Below are positions 1 through 9,305 of a DNA stretch of 64,000 bases, piece after piece. The position numbers were made by a program, and so were the translations under genes. This stretch comes from Trueperaceae bacterium (GTDB lineage Bacteria > Deinococcota > Deinococci > Deinococcales > Trueperaceae). How positions within the stretch are numbered: position 1 is the stretch's first letter; each line of letters opens with the position of its first letter. The DNA lies in the NCBI GenBank assembly GCA_965213925.1, contig OZ243927.1:2080001-2144000 (forward strand), given 5' to 3'. Below the pieces are notes generated by a model that was given only the letters and a program-made list of their open reading frames with translations, was not told where the DNA came from and did not search any database.

Positions 1-86
1 AGCGCCACCTTGTCGGGCGTCGCGGCGGCGCGTTTTAAGAGGAGTTGCGGCAAGGTCATGTGCGCCATCTCGCTCGTTACGTTCAC
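1..86 (-). CDS. N-terminal fragment of a probable AMP-dependent synthetase / long-chain acyl-CoA ligase (continues beyond the window edge)
   Basis: The minus strand reads VNVTSEMAHMTLPQLLLKRAAATPDKVAL. The GTG at 86 overlaps the stop of the upstream ABC ATPase (GTGA); an alternative ATG is at 68. The TLPQLL..A...PDK.AL start is typical of acyl-CoA ligases inside Liv-type ABC operons. Confidence 0.6.
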   Translation of the reverse strand, partial: MNVTSEMAHMTLPQLLLKRAAATPDKVA

Positions 87-886
87 ACCAAGACCTCTTC
101 ATCGCCTACATACGCCTCGATGACAGCGGGGTCTTTGGCGACCTCTTGCGGTTCACCCCCGGCGATCCGCTCGCCAAAATCGAGCACGTAGACAAAGTCG
201 CTGATGTCCATGACCACGCCCAAGTCGTGCTCGATCAAGACCACCGTCGTCTCGCGCTCCGCTTGAATGTCCAAAATAAAGCGTACAATATCCTCTTTTT
301 CGCCCAAGGTCATGCCCGCCATCGGCTCGTCTAAAAGGAGGAGTTTGGGACCGAGCGTGAGCGCCCGCGCCATCTCCACGCGCTTGCGCACACCGTAGGC
401 AAGTTCGCCCACCACCTTTTTGCGGTGTGGCTCTAACTCCATAAAGTCGATGACCTCTTCCACGTAGGCGCGGTTTTGGCTCTCCTGCTTGCTCGTGCGT
501 CCGTAAAAGAAGAGCGCTTGCCAGAAGCTGTAATCAAGGTGCGTATGCCGCGCCAACATGAGGTTGTCTAGCACCGACAACCCTGAGAAGAGTTCGATGT
601 TCTGAAACGCCCGCGCTACACCTAGCTTAGAAATTTGATGCGGACTCGCGCCGATTAGGTTGTGATCTTCAAACTTGATTGTGCCACTCGTCGCCTCGTA
701 AAAGCCCGAGACGCAGTTCAAAAGGCTCGTTTTGCCCGCGCCGTTGGGGCCGATAACCGAGGTGATCGTATTGGGCTCGACCGCCAGTGATACGTTACTG
801 AGCGCGTTAAGCCCGCCGAAGGTCAGCGTAAGATTCTCTACCACTAACTGAGGAGGCGCGGCTCGAGGAGGCGTTCTGGAAGACAC
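83..886 (-). CDS. Branched-chain-amino-acid-type ABC transporter ATP-binding protein (LivG-like)
   Basis: FGGL motif, Walker A GPNGAGKT, LLLLDEP, IEHD and C-terminal DPAVIEAY. The start is reassigned to GTG 886 (AAGGTG upstream) because the ORF extension to 1162 does not look like protein. Confidence 0.92.
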   Translation of the reverse strand: MSSRTPPRAAPPQLVVENLTLTFGGLNALSNVSLAVEPNTITSVIGPNGAGKTSLLNCVSGFYEATSGTIKFEDHNLIGASPHQISKLGVARAFQNIELFSGLSVLDNLMLARHTHLDYSFWQALFFYGRTSKQESQNRAYVEEVIDFMELEPHRKKVVGELAYGVRKRVEMARALTLGPKLLLLDEPMAGMTLGEKEDIVRFILDIQAERETTVVLIEHDLGVVMDISDFVYVLDFGERIAGGEPQEVAKDPAVIEAYVGDEEVLV

Positions 887-1124
887 AGGATTGCACCTTA
901 TTTCTCGCGGTAACTGAATGAAGTGACGTGCTGCAAGTATAGCAACCGCGCGAACGCGAATGTCAACTAACGCGGCTCTGTAGGGACAACGCCCTATTGA
1001 CCCGAGGGCGACGTAGTGTGCCAGCTTCAAACGTGCTACGTGCGTTTTGTTCGTGGTTGCGCCGACGCTCCGTGACTGTCTGTAAGGCTCACACGGCGGC
1101 GGACGTTTTGGATTAAGGTAGACT

Positions 1125-1661
1125 ATGGATAAAGATACCCCTCTAGGCGTTTTTATGCGCAACTTTATGTGTGGGGCGCGTCCGCGGGTCTATCGTTTAG
1201 GCTGGTTCGTAGGCGGAACGGCGCTGACGCTCGCGAGTTTTGCGGTAGGCAGGTTGAGCGCGAGTCCTCACGGCGCAGAGCCCGTTACGGCTGCTCTTCT
1301 AGTACAGAATCTGGACGCGCCTGATGACCCTAGGGAGCTGATCCCGCTGCCCGGACCGGGCGCGCAGCCGGGTCAGCCGGGCGAAGGGGCGCAACCGGGA
1401 GAGTGTCCTGTCTACCTCTATCAAGACGGGCAGCTCTATGAGCTGAGACCCGGAGAAGAGGGGATGCCCCTGCCGGGTCAAGGGCAACCGGGCGGGCTGA
1501 GACCGGGTCGAGACGGTTCGCCCGAGCTGTTCCCGCTCGAGCCACCCGCACCGCGCACGCCGCCTAGAGCGCCACCGAGACCCTCTAATCCCGAGCCGGA
1601 CAACTTTCCTGGGCTCGAGGTCAGCCTGCCGTCTGGCATGTTGAAGGTAGCGAATAAGTAG
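1125..1661 (+). CDS. Hypothetical Pro/Gly-rich membrane-anchored or exported protein upstream of moxR
   Basis: One hydrophobic segment (WFVGGTALTLASFAVG), PGAQPGQPG repeats and a compact ECPVYLYQDGQLYEL core. The real start may be ATG 1155 or 1167. Confidence 0.65.
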   Translation: MDKDTPLGVFMRNFMCGARPRVYRLGWFVGGTALTLASFAVGRLSASPHGAEPVTAALLVQNLDAPDDPRELIPLPGPGAQPGQPGEGAQPGECPVYLYQDGQLYELRPGEEGMPLPGQGQPGGLRPGRDGSPELFPLEPPAPRTPPRAPPRPSNPEPDNFPGLEVSLPSGMLKVANK

Positions 1662-1797
1662 TGTCTCTCCTACCGAATCACTCGTGGCTGAGTACCACCC
1701 TAGGCCTCGAGCCTCGCCCTAGACCTCTTCGGTATCACCGCGTATCAGAACCGTACGCTCGAGTACGCCCAGACTGCAACATCGGAGGAGACCCAAC

Positions 1798-2856
1798 ATG
1801 GCGGATAACAGGTATGTAGACACGTCCATCAGCCCTCAGCAGGTGGCGGACGCCGCCTCGAAGCTGCGCACGCTGCTGCTCGAGACGAAAAAGATCATCG
1901 TCGGGCAGGACCTGATGCTCGAGCGGATGCTAGTCGCGCTTTTGGCGCGCGGGCATATCTTGATCGAGGGCGTGCCGGGTCTCGCCAAGACGCTCGCCAT
2001 CAAGACGCTCGCCGAGGCGCTCGGCACCAGCTTTAAGCGCGTGCAGTTCACGCCCGACCTCGTACCTGCCGACCTAGTCGGCACGCGCATCTACAATCCG
2101 AAAGAGGGCGTGTTTGGCGTCGAACTCGGACCTATTTTCGCGAACCTCATCCTCGCCGACGAGATCAACCGTGCCCCCGCGAAGGTCCAGTCGGCGCTTC
2201 TGGAGGCGATGCAGGAGCGCCAGGTCACCATCGGGCACGAAACGCACCGCCTCCCCGACCCCTTCTTGGTGCTCGCCACCCAGAACCCCATCGAGTCGGA
2301 GGGAACTTACTTTCTGCCCGAAGCCCAGGTGGACCGCTTCATGTTCAAAGTCATCATCGATTATCCGGGCTTCTATGAAGAGATGACCGTCGTGGAACGC
2401 GTCTCGGCGACCTTTGCGCCCATAGACGTGCAGCTCAGCGCCGAGGAGCTGCGCGCGCTCCAAGCCCTCGCCGACCGGGTTCACGTTCACTCGGCAGTGA
2501 CCGAATACGCGGTGCATTTAGCGCGGGCGACGCGCGACCCCGGCGCGGTCGGGCTCAGCGACCTGAAGCCCTACATCAGCTTCGGCGCGAGCCCCCGCGC
2601 CAGCGTCAACCTGATCTTGGGCGCAAAGGCGCTCGCAGTAGTGCGGGGCCGCGAGTACGCGCTGCCCGAAGACGTGCGCGACCTAGCCCCCGAGGTGCTG
2701 CGCCACCGCACCGTGCTCTCCTACGAGGCGCTCGCCGACGAGGTAAGGCTCGAGGACGTGCTCGCGCGCATCCTCAGCGCGACCAAAGCTCCGCAGGTTC
2801 ATCTAGGCGATCCGCACCGCTCGGCGAGGCAAGAGGGTGCGAGGCCGCAGGCTTAG
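1798..2856 (+). CDS. moxR: MoxR-family AAA+ ATPase
   Basis: HILIEGVPGLAKT, RVQFTPDLVPAD, ADEINRAPAKVQSALLEAMQE, ATQNPIESEGTYFLPEAQVDRF and GASPRA motifs; GGAGG RBS. Confidence 0.97.
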   Translation: MADNRYVDTSISPQQVADAASKLRTLLLETKKIIVGQDLMLERMLVALLARGHILIEGVPGLAKTLAIKTLAEALGTSFKRVQFTPDLVPADLVGTRIYNPKEGVFGVELGPIFANLILADEINRAPAKVQSALLEAMQERQVTIGHETHRLPDPFLVLATQNPIESEGTYFLPEAQVDRFMFKVIIDYPGFYEEMTVVERVSATFAPIDVQLSAEELRALQALADRVHVHSAVTEYAVHLARATRDPGAVGLSDLKPYISFGASPRASVNLILGAKALAVVRGREYALPEDVRDLAPEVLRHRTVLSYEALADEVRLEDVLARILSATKAPQVHLGDPHRSARQEGARPQA

Positions 2857-2892
2857 CGCGCAGAGGTCGGACGTAAAGCGAGGTGGTTTCGG

Positions 2893-3978
2893 ATGCACCT
2901 CCAGGGTCCAACCGGTAGAGGATGGATGCTCATGATGCAGACGTTTAGAGGGTTGAAGTGGACTGGTTTGAGGTGGCCCAGACGGGTACGCCCGAAAGTG
3001 AAGCTCAAAGTCGCGGTGCCGCCCGCAGACCCGGACCTGACGCGGCGCGAACTCCCCGCGCAACTCCTCAAGCGGCTCGAGTTCACGGTGCTGCGCCGCC
3101 TTGACGGGTATCTGTTCGGCAACTACAGCGGCCTTTTCTACGGTCCTAGCCTGGACTTAGCCGAGGTGCGCGAGTATCAGCCGGGCGACGAGGTCAGGCG
3201 CATCGACTGGAATGTCACGGCGAGAACGGGCACGGTGCACGTGCGCCAGTTTATAGAAGAGCGCGAGATCATCGCCTGGCTCCTCGTGGACCTGTCGCCG
3301 TCGATGGACTTCGGCACGCGGCGGGTCTTAAAGCGCCAAGCGGCGCTCGAGTTCGCAGGTGTAGCGGCGTCGATCATCACCCGGCAGGGCAACAAGGTCG
3401 GCGCGCTCAGCTTTTCGCCCGCTGGCGCGGCGCTCACGCCGCTCGGCGCGGGCAGGCGGCAAGCCCTCCGCGTCGTGCAGGACGTGCAGACGCACTTGGG
3501 CGAACATTTAGGCGGCGACGGACGGACCGGTGACGTGACCGACTTAACGGACGCACTGGGGCACGCGAGCCGCATTCTGCGCCGCCGCGCGCTCGTCTTC
3601 GTGGTCTCGGATTTCATCACCTCGGGCGCGGACCCTGGCGCGGACTCTAGCACGGACCCGCCCTGGGGCAAGGAACTGCGGCGGCTCGCCCAGCGCCACG
3701 ACGTCGTCGCGGTGCGCGTCGCCGACCCGGCCGAGCGCGAACTGCCCGACGTCGGCGAGCTGCGGGTGCGCGACCCCGAGACCGGTCAAGAGCTGTGGCT
3801 CGACACGGGCGACGCGCGCGTCAGGCGCGCTCACGCTGAGTTAGTCGGGCGGCGCGATGAGACCATCGCGCGGACCCTGCGGGGGGCGCGAGTGGATTTG
3901 CTCGAGCTGTCCACCGCCCAAGACCTCGTCGCGCCACTCCTGAAGTTCACGCAGCGGCGCAAAAGGAGGCGCACATGA
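2893..3978 (+). CDS. DUF58 domain protein (MoxR partner)
   Basis: EVREYQPGDEVRRIDWNVTAR, LVDLSPSMDFG and VVSDF motifs; directly follows moxR. The start may be 2926-2935. Confidence 0.93.
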   Translation: MHLQGPTGRGWMLMMQTFRGLKWTGLRWPRRVRPKVKLKVAVPPADPDLTRRELPAQLLKRLEFTVLRRLDGYLFGNYSGLFYGPSLDLAEVREYQPGDEVRRIDWNVTARTGTVHVRQFIEEREIIAWLLVDLSPSMDFGTRRVLKRQAALEFAGVAASIITRQGNKVGALSFSPAGAALTPLGAGRRQALRVVQDVQTHLGEHLGGDGRTGDVTDLTDALGHASRILRRRALVFVVSDFITSGADPGADSSTDPPWGKELRRLAQRHDVVAVRVADPAERELPDVGELRVRDPETGQELWLDTGDARVRRAHAELVGRRDETIARTLRGARVDLLELSTAQDLVAPLLKFTQRRKRRRT

Positions 3979-5027
3979 GGTTTCTCTGGCCCGACTTTCT
4001 GTGGTTCTTGCTGCTCGCGCCGCTTCTGCTCTTCGCCCTGCAGCTCTTAGCGCGGCGGCGCGAGCGGACTGCCCAGGCGTTCGCGGACGCCCACCTTCTG
4101 GCGCATGTGCTCACGAAGCCTGGTCCCGCGCTGCGCCGCTGGACGCTCGGCTTGCAGCTCGCCGCGCTGAGCGTCCTCCTCGTGGCGGCGGCGCGACCCG
4201 TCGCCACGCCGCCGCTCCTAGTCAACAAGGCAGCCGTAGTCATCGCGCTCGACGCCTCGCGCTCGATGCTCGCCTCTGACGTGGAGCCGAACCGCTTAGA
4301 GGTCGCTAGAGGTCTCGCCGAGCAGTTCGCCGCGCAAGCACCTGCCGGGGCGCAGATCGGCTTGGTCAGCTTTTCAGACGTCGCCTCGGTGCTCGTGCCG
4401 CCGACGACGGACAGAGAAAAACTCTTAGAGGCGCTCGCGCGGGTCCAGCCGGCGCGCAACACCTCGCTGGCGTCCGCCGTGGTGACGGGGGTGCGGATGC
4501 TGCCGGGGCGCGAGGGGGTCGCGCCGCCCGAGGCGCTCACGCTCCCCAGCTCCCTCACCCCTCCCCCTAATGACGCGCCCAGCCAGCCCGACAATGTTTC
4601 GTCCGATAACGTCCCGCCCGGCAGTATCCTCATCTTGTCGGACGGCGTGTCCAACGTGAGCGCCGCCTCGGGGCTGCCGGGCACGTCCGCTATCGACCTC
4701 GCCGCCCGCTTCGCGGCGGACAACGAGGTCAAGCTCTACACGCTCCCGGTCGGACGTGAAGGGGGCGCGGTGACGCGCATCGGCGGACAGGACTACTTCG
4801 TCCCTTTTGAGGGCGAGACCCTGGCGCGGCTCGCGGACATTAGTCAGGGCGACGACTTAGGGGACGCCGACGCGGAGGCGCTCGGCGCGCTGTTTCGCGA
4901 CCTGGGCCGGGCGATGCGCTGGGAACGCTCGGACTTCGAAATCGCCGCGCCGCTCTCCGGGTTCGCCGCGCTCCTCATGCTCGTCGCGGGCGGGCTCAGC
5001 CTACGCAGCCAGCGGAGGGTGCCGTGA
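3975..5027 (+). CDS. BatA-like membrane VWA domain protein 1
   Basis: N-terminal MRFLWP hydrophobic segment, AARP, MIDAS DASRS...T...LSDG and a C-terminal TM; ATGA overlap with DUF58. Confidence 0.92.
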   Translation: MRFLWPDFLWFLLLAPLLLFALQLLARRRERTAQAFADAHLLAHVLTKPGPALRRWTLGLQLAALSVLLVAAARPVATPPLLVNKAAVVIALDASRSMLASDVEPNRLEVARGLAEQFAAQAPAGAQIGLVSFSDVASVLVPPTTDREKLLEALARVQPARNTSLASAVVTGVRMLPGREGVAPPEALTLPSSLTPPPNDAPSQPDNVSSDNVPPGSILILSDGVSNVSAASGLPGTSAIDLAARFAADNEVKLYTLPVGREGGAVTRIGGQDYFVPFEGETLARLADISQGDDLGDADAEALGALFRDLGRAMRWERSDFEIAAPLSGFAALLMLVAGGLSLRSQRRVP

Positions 5028-5941
5028 ACGACCTCAACCTGCTCTGGCCCTGGGTCTTAGGCGTCATCCCGCTGCTCGGCGTTGTCATCTATCTTTACTG
5101 GCAGAGGCTCAAAGGGCGGACGAAGGCGCACATGGCCTATCCGGGCGCGTCTCTCGCTTCCGCCGCCATGCGAGCCGCCAACCCGTGGCGACGTCCGCGC
5201 TTCTTGCCGGCGCTCATTTACGGAAGCGCCCTCCTCTTCGCCGTCGTCGCGTTAGCCCGCCCTACCGCAAAGCTCCTCACCCCTGATGACCTCTCTGGTG
5301 TGATGCTCGCCGTCGAGACGAGCCACTCGATGCTCGCGCCCGACATCCCGCCGACCCGCTTAGCCGCCACCCAGGACGCCGCCAACGCACTTCTAAAAAC
5401 CATCCCCGACAATATCAAGGTTGGGCTAGCGACCTTCTCGGGCTACGCGGCGCTCAACGTGCCGCTGACTTTGGACCACGCGCGCGTGGCGCAGGCGGTT
5501 GATACGCTCAGCATGGGCGGCAGCTACGCCTTCAGCTACGGCCTCATCGCCGCTTTGGAGGAGCTTCCAGAGGAGCCCCCGGAGGAGGGGCTGCCAGGAG
5601 CCATCGTGCTCTTCTCGCACGGGCACGACAACACCGCGAACGACCCGCTCGCCCTCGCTGAGGAGGCGTCCGCGCGCGGCATCAAGATTCACACCGTCGG
5701 CGTCGGCACGCACGGCTACAACTTCGACGACGACGTCTTGCAGCTCATCGCCGACCGGACGGGCGGGCGCTACTACCCAATTTATAGCGCCAAAGACCTG
5801 CGCAACGCGCACCGCGACCTGGGCCGGGTCATCACGCTGAGACCAAAGACGACCGAGGTGAGCGCGTTTGCCGCGCTCATCGCGGCGGGGCTCCTCAGCT
5901 CGAGCCTCCTGCTAGCAGGATTGCGGCGGCGGGTCGCGTGA
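5024..5941 (+). CDS. BatA-like membrane VWA domain protein 2 (degenerate MIDAS)
   Basis: Same architecture (ALARP, P.RL, IHTVGVGT, TGGRYY), but ETSHS replaces DxSxS and FSHG replaces LSDG. Confidence 0.88.
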   Translation: MNDLNLLWPWVLGVIPLLGVVIYLYWQRLKGRTKAHMAYPGASLASAAMRAANPWRRPRFLPALIYGSALLFAVVALARPTAKLLTPDDLSGVMLAVETSHSMLAPDIPPTRLAATQDAANALLKTIPDNIKVGLATFSGYAALNVPLTLDHARVAQAVDTLSMGGSYAFSYGLIAALEELPEEPPEEGLPGAIVLFSHGHDNTANDPLALAEEASARGIKIHTVGVGTHGYNFDDDVLQLIADRTGGRYYPIYSAKDLRNAHRDLGRVITLRPKTTEVSAFAALIAAGLLSSSLLLAGLRRRVA

Positions 5942-6906
5942 CGGACCTCTTTCTCTGGCCCTGGGCGCTGCTCCTGCCCACCCTCGCGCCGCTGGGCGTC
6001 TGGCTCTACCGCCGTATAGGTCAGTTGCCCGCGGGAGCGGCGGCGCGCCACCCCGACCTCGCGCTGCTCAAAGCGGCGAGCGCGCGTGGCGGGCGTTCGC
6101 GGCGGCACGCGCCCGCGCTCCTCTACGGGGCGGCGCTGGTACTGGCCCTCGTCGCGCTGGCGCGGCCGACGGCTAGGGTGCCCGAAGCGAACCCGCAGGC
6201 GGGCGTCGCGCTCGCGTTCGACGTGAGCCGTTCGATGCAGGCGACCGACATTGCGCCGAGCCGCTTCGAGGCGGCGAAAGAGGCGGTGAGGGGCTTTGTC
6301 GATGAGCTGCCGGACGGCGCGCGGGTGAGCCTCGTGCCCTTCGCGGGTTACGCCACCACCACCGTCCCCTTGACGAGCGACCACGAGCGGCTGCTGGCGT
6401 CGGTCCGGCTCCTCGAGATGAGCTACGGCACCGCCATCGGCGAGGCGCTTTTAGAGGGTCTCGCGTCGCTGCCGAGCTTAGAGGCGCGTCAGGAAGCGGA
6501 GGACGACCCCGCGAGCTTAGCGACCATCATCCTGCTCTCCGACGGGCGAAACTGGGGCGGGGCTGACCCGCTCGAGGCCGCCGCCGAGGTGAGGCGGCAA
6601 AGCGTTACGGTGCATACCATCGGCGTCGGCACCTTGACGGACGGACCCATACCCGGAATGCCCGAAGGCTTCCAGTTCGCAGCCCGCTTCGACGAGGCGA
6701 CGCTGCGGGCTGTCGCCGCCGAAACGGGCGGACGCTACGTCTTCGTGGATTCGGCGCGGGAGCTGCGGGGCGTCTACCGCGAGCTGAGCCGCTCGCTCGT
6801 CTGGCGCTACAGCCGCGGTGAGGTCACGGCGCTAGCCGCACTAGGAGCCGCCGTCCTCCTCCTTTTGAGTGTCGGCTGGTCGGCGCTGCAACGGCGGGTA
6901 ACGTAA
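5938..6906 (+). CDS. BatA-like membrane VWA domain protein 3
   Basis: ALARP, MIDAS DVSRS, GTAIGEAL, LLSDG, VHTIGVGT and ETGGRY; GTGA overlap. Confidence 0.93.
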   Translation: MTDLFLWPWALLLPTLAPLGVWLYRRIGQLPAGAAARHPDLALLKAASARGGRSRRHAPALLYGAALVLALVALARPTARVPEANPQAGVALAFDVSRSMQATDIAPSRFEAAKEAVRGFVDELPDGARVSLVPFAGYATTTVPLTSDHERLLASVRLLEMSYGTAIGEALLEGLASLPSLEARQEAEDDPASLATIILLSDGRNWGGADPLEAAAEVRRQSVTVHTIGVGTLTDGPIPGMPEGFQFAARFDEATLRAVAAETGGRYVFVDSARELRGVYRELSRSLVWRYSRGEVTALAALGAAVLLLLSVGWSALQRRVT

Positions 6907-7229
6907 GAACGGGGGACGCTCGAGATTTGCTGAAGGTGAACCGCGGTTTTGGGGGATGTCTGAGAAGCCCAGGTTGGGGGAGCGTCATCGGCGTGAGTCT
7001 TTTAGACTCGGCTCTGCCTCAAGGTGTATACCTGCTAATCAGCTCCGCATCAGAAGCTCGCCCCGAATGTTTTTCAGACCGTCATCCAGTTTCACCGCCG
7101 CGACGCCCTATCAAGCCCGCGCGAACTCTTTCACATTTTCCTCTTACGTGACGAAAGCACATGAAGATATGAACGGTCTATGAAAAATTAGGGTACCCGC
7201 ATAGGGGTGCTCACACTTATAATTATAGG

Positions 7230-9173
7230 GTGGACGCTGTCTCCTGCCCCTCATGTAACGCGCCGAACCCTAAAACGATGCGCTTTTGCGGCATGTGCGG
7301 CGCGCGGCTCGTCGCGCACCCCTTAGGACGCGAGCGGCGGCGGGTGACGGTGGTTTTCATCGACCTGGTGGGCTTCAGTGCGCTCACCCGTGACTTCGAC
7401 CCCGAAAAACTGCGCGACCTAGCCGACGAAATCCTGACCGTCATCGCGGGCATCGTCGAGGACTTCGACGGCTACGTGGACGCTTTTCAAGGCGACGGGC
7501 TCATCGCGCTCTTCGGCGCGCCGCGCTCACACTCGGACGACCCGGAGCGGGCGGTTCTAGCGGCGGCGGCGGGACTCCGTGCGGTGGAGACCATCGGGCA
7601 GAACAAGGGCATCGTCCTTAAAGGACGCGCGGGCATCAACACGGGTACGGTCATCGCGGGCACAGTGGGCACGCGGCGCGTCAAGGACTACACGGTGATG
7701 GGCTCGGCGGTGAATCTAGCGGCGCGGCTCGAGGCGGCCGCCTCCCCCGGCGAGGTCTGGGTGGGCGAGGATACCTTCGAGGCGACGCGCCACCGCCTCT
7801 ACTACGCGCCGAGCCCGCCCTTGGCGCTGCGCGGCTTCCCCGAGGTGACGCGGGCGTACCACTTCACCGAGCGGATGCACGCCCGCGACCCGTACGCGCA
7901 TCTGAACTTCGTAGGGCGTACGGAGGAGCTAAAAGCTTTATGGGACGCGCTCAACGAGGTGCGCCGCACTGCTCAGGTGAAAGAGGTGCGGCTCGTCGGC
8001 GAGGCGGGCAGCGGCAAGACGCGGCTTATGAGGGAGTTTTGTAAAGAGGTCAAAAGGCGGCGGGCGGCGCACGTGGTGTGGCCCCAGCCCGACCCCTTCA
8101 CCGCGCCCCTCGCCACCTCTCCGGGCGCGAACGCCCCCCTAGAGCCGCTCCTGCTCAGCGATAACCTCGAAAACACGCCCCTCTTACTCGTGACCGAGCC
8201 GAGCGCGGCGCAAGAGGCGATGCTCTTGGAGCGCGCGGCGGCGGGCGCGCTCGTCGTCCGCTTGAGCCGTAAAAGAACCGAAATAAGCGCGAATGCTGAG
8301 GGCACCTTGCCCCTCGCCCCGCTTAGCGCGGAGGAGAGCTTAGCGCTCTTAGGGCAACTCACCCGACCGGAGTTCAAAGTGGCAGCGGAAGCCTTGGTCA
8401 CGCAAGTCGGCGGCATCCCTGCGCACGTCATCGAGCTAGGGCGCGCCCTCGGCGCGGCTCGCTTCGGCACCTTGCCCAACTCGCTCACCTCCCTCTTACA
8501 AGCGCGGCTCGACTTGCTGCCGCAGAGCGCGCGGCAACTCTTGGCGCAGCTCGCCCTAGTGGGCGAGCGCTGCTGGGCGGGTCTCGCTCTCGTCCTCGCG
8601 GCGCAAAGCGATTTGGAAACGCTCCTCAAAGAAAACTTACTCGTACTAGAGGCGCACACCGCGCTCCCAGGCGAGCCGGAGTACCGCTTTCAGAGCGACC
8701 TCTTGCGCCGCGCCGCGCTCCTCATGGTCCCCTTGAGCGAGCGCCCCAAAACGCATCAGCACATCGCGAACTGGCTGGCGAGCCGCGACCTCGTCGAAGA
8801 GACGAAGATAGAAGACATAGCGGCGCTGACGGTGCACCATTTCAGGCAAGCGGGCGACGACGAGGTGGCGTATCCTCACCTCTTGGACGCGGCGTTGGCA
8901 GCGGCTGAGAGAGGCGTGTATGAGGACCTCGAGACCCTCTCAGTTTTGAACGTTCCCCCGCACCTGCACGCGCAGAGCGCCCTCGTTTACGTCCAGGCGA
9001 TGTGGCAGCGCGACGCCCGGACCTCCTCTCAGAAACTAGAAGAGGTCAGAGCGTGGCTCGCGTCGCAGCCCGAAGGCGAGTACGAAGCCTTACGGACGCA
9101 ATACGACGAACTCGTGAAAATACTCAAAGCCGACGTTCAAGTGGGTCAACCAGGCTTGCGTTTAGCGAGTTGA
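7230..9173 (+). CDS. Zinc-ribbon + class III adenylate/guanylate cyclase + P-loop ATPase (STAND-like) protein
   Basis: CPSC..FCGMCG ribbon; ERRRVTVVFIDLVGFS, GDG, RAGINTG and YTVMGSAVNLAARLE cyclase motifs; FVGR.EEL and GEAGSGKTRL Walker A; LQARLD; YRFQSDL. Leaderless TATAAT-N6-GTG. Confidence 0.9.
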   Translation: MDAVSCPSCNAPNPKTMRFCGMCGARLVAHPLGRERRRVTVVFIDLVGFSALTRDFDPEKLRDLADEILTVIAGIVEDFDGYVDAFQGDGLIALFGAPRSHSDDPERAVLAAAAGLRAVETIGQNKGIVLKGRAGINTGTVIAGTVGTRRVKDYTVMGSAVNLAARLEAAASPGEVWVGEDTFEATRHRLYYAPSPPLALRGFPEVTRAYHFTERMHARDPYAHLNFVGRTEELKALWDALNEVRRTAQVKEVRLVGEAGSGKTRLMREFCKEVKRRRAAHVVWPQPDPFTAPLATSPGANAPLEPLLLSDNLENTPLLLVTEPSAAQEAMLLERAAAGALVVRLSRKRTEISANAEGTLPLAPLSAEESLALLGQLTRPEFKVAAEALVTQVGGIPAHVIELGRALGAARFGTLPNSLTSLLQARLDLLPQSARQLLAQLALVGERCWAGLALVLAAQSDLETLLKENLLVLEAHTALPGEPEYRFQSDLLRRAALLMVPLSERPKTHQHIANWLASRDLVEETKIEDIAALTVHHFRQAGDDEVAYPHLLDAALAAAERGVYEDLETLSVLNVPPHLHAQSALVYVQAMWQRDARTSSQKLEEVRAWLASQPEGEYEALRTQYDELVKILKADVQVGQPGLRLAS

Positions 9174-9305
9174 GGGGCGGCCGTCCTAGGTCATTGGGGC
9201 ACGCTCACCTCTTCGGGCGATTCCCCAGGTAATTCGTCCGCCGAACCGAAGACCATGAACCACGCCCGAAAGCTCGGCTCGACCTCTAGGAGGAGCCTCG
9301 AGACG

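Noticed and set aside
887..1162. N-terminal 90-aa extension of the LivG-like ORF
   Set aside because: It has non-protein-like composition and overlaps the divergent gene start; ABC similarity begins only after GTG 886.
3177..6384. Long antisense ORFs (3177-3671, 3947-4732, 5782-6384)
   Set aside because: Shadow frames of high-GC genes with no motifs.
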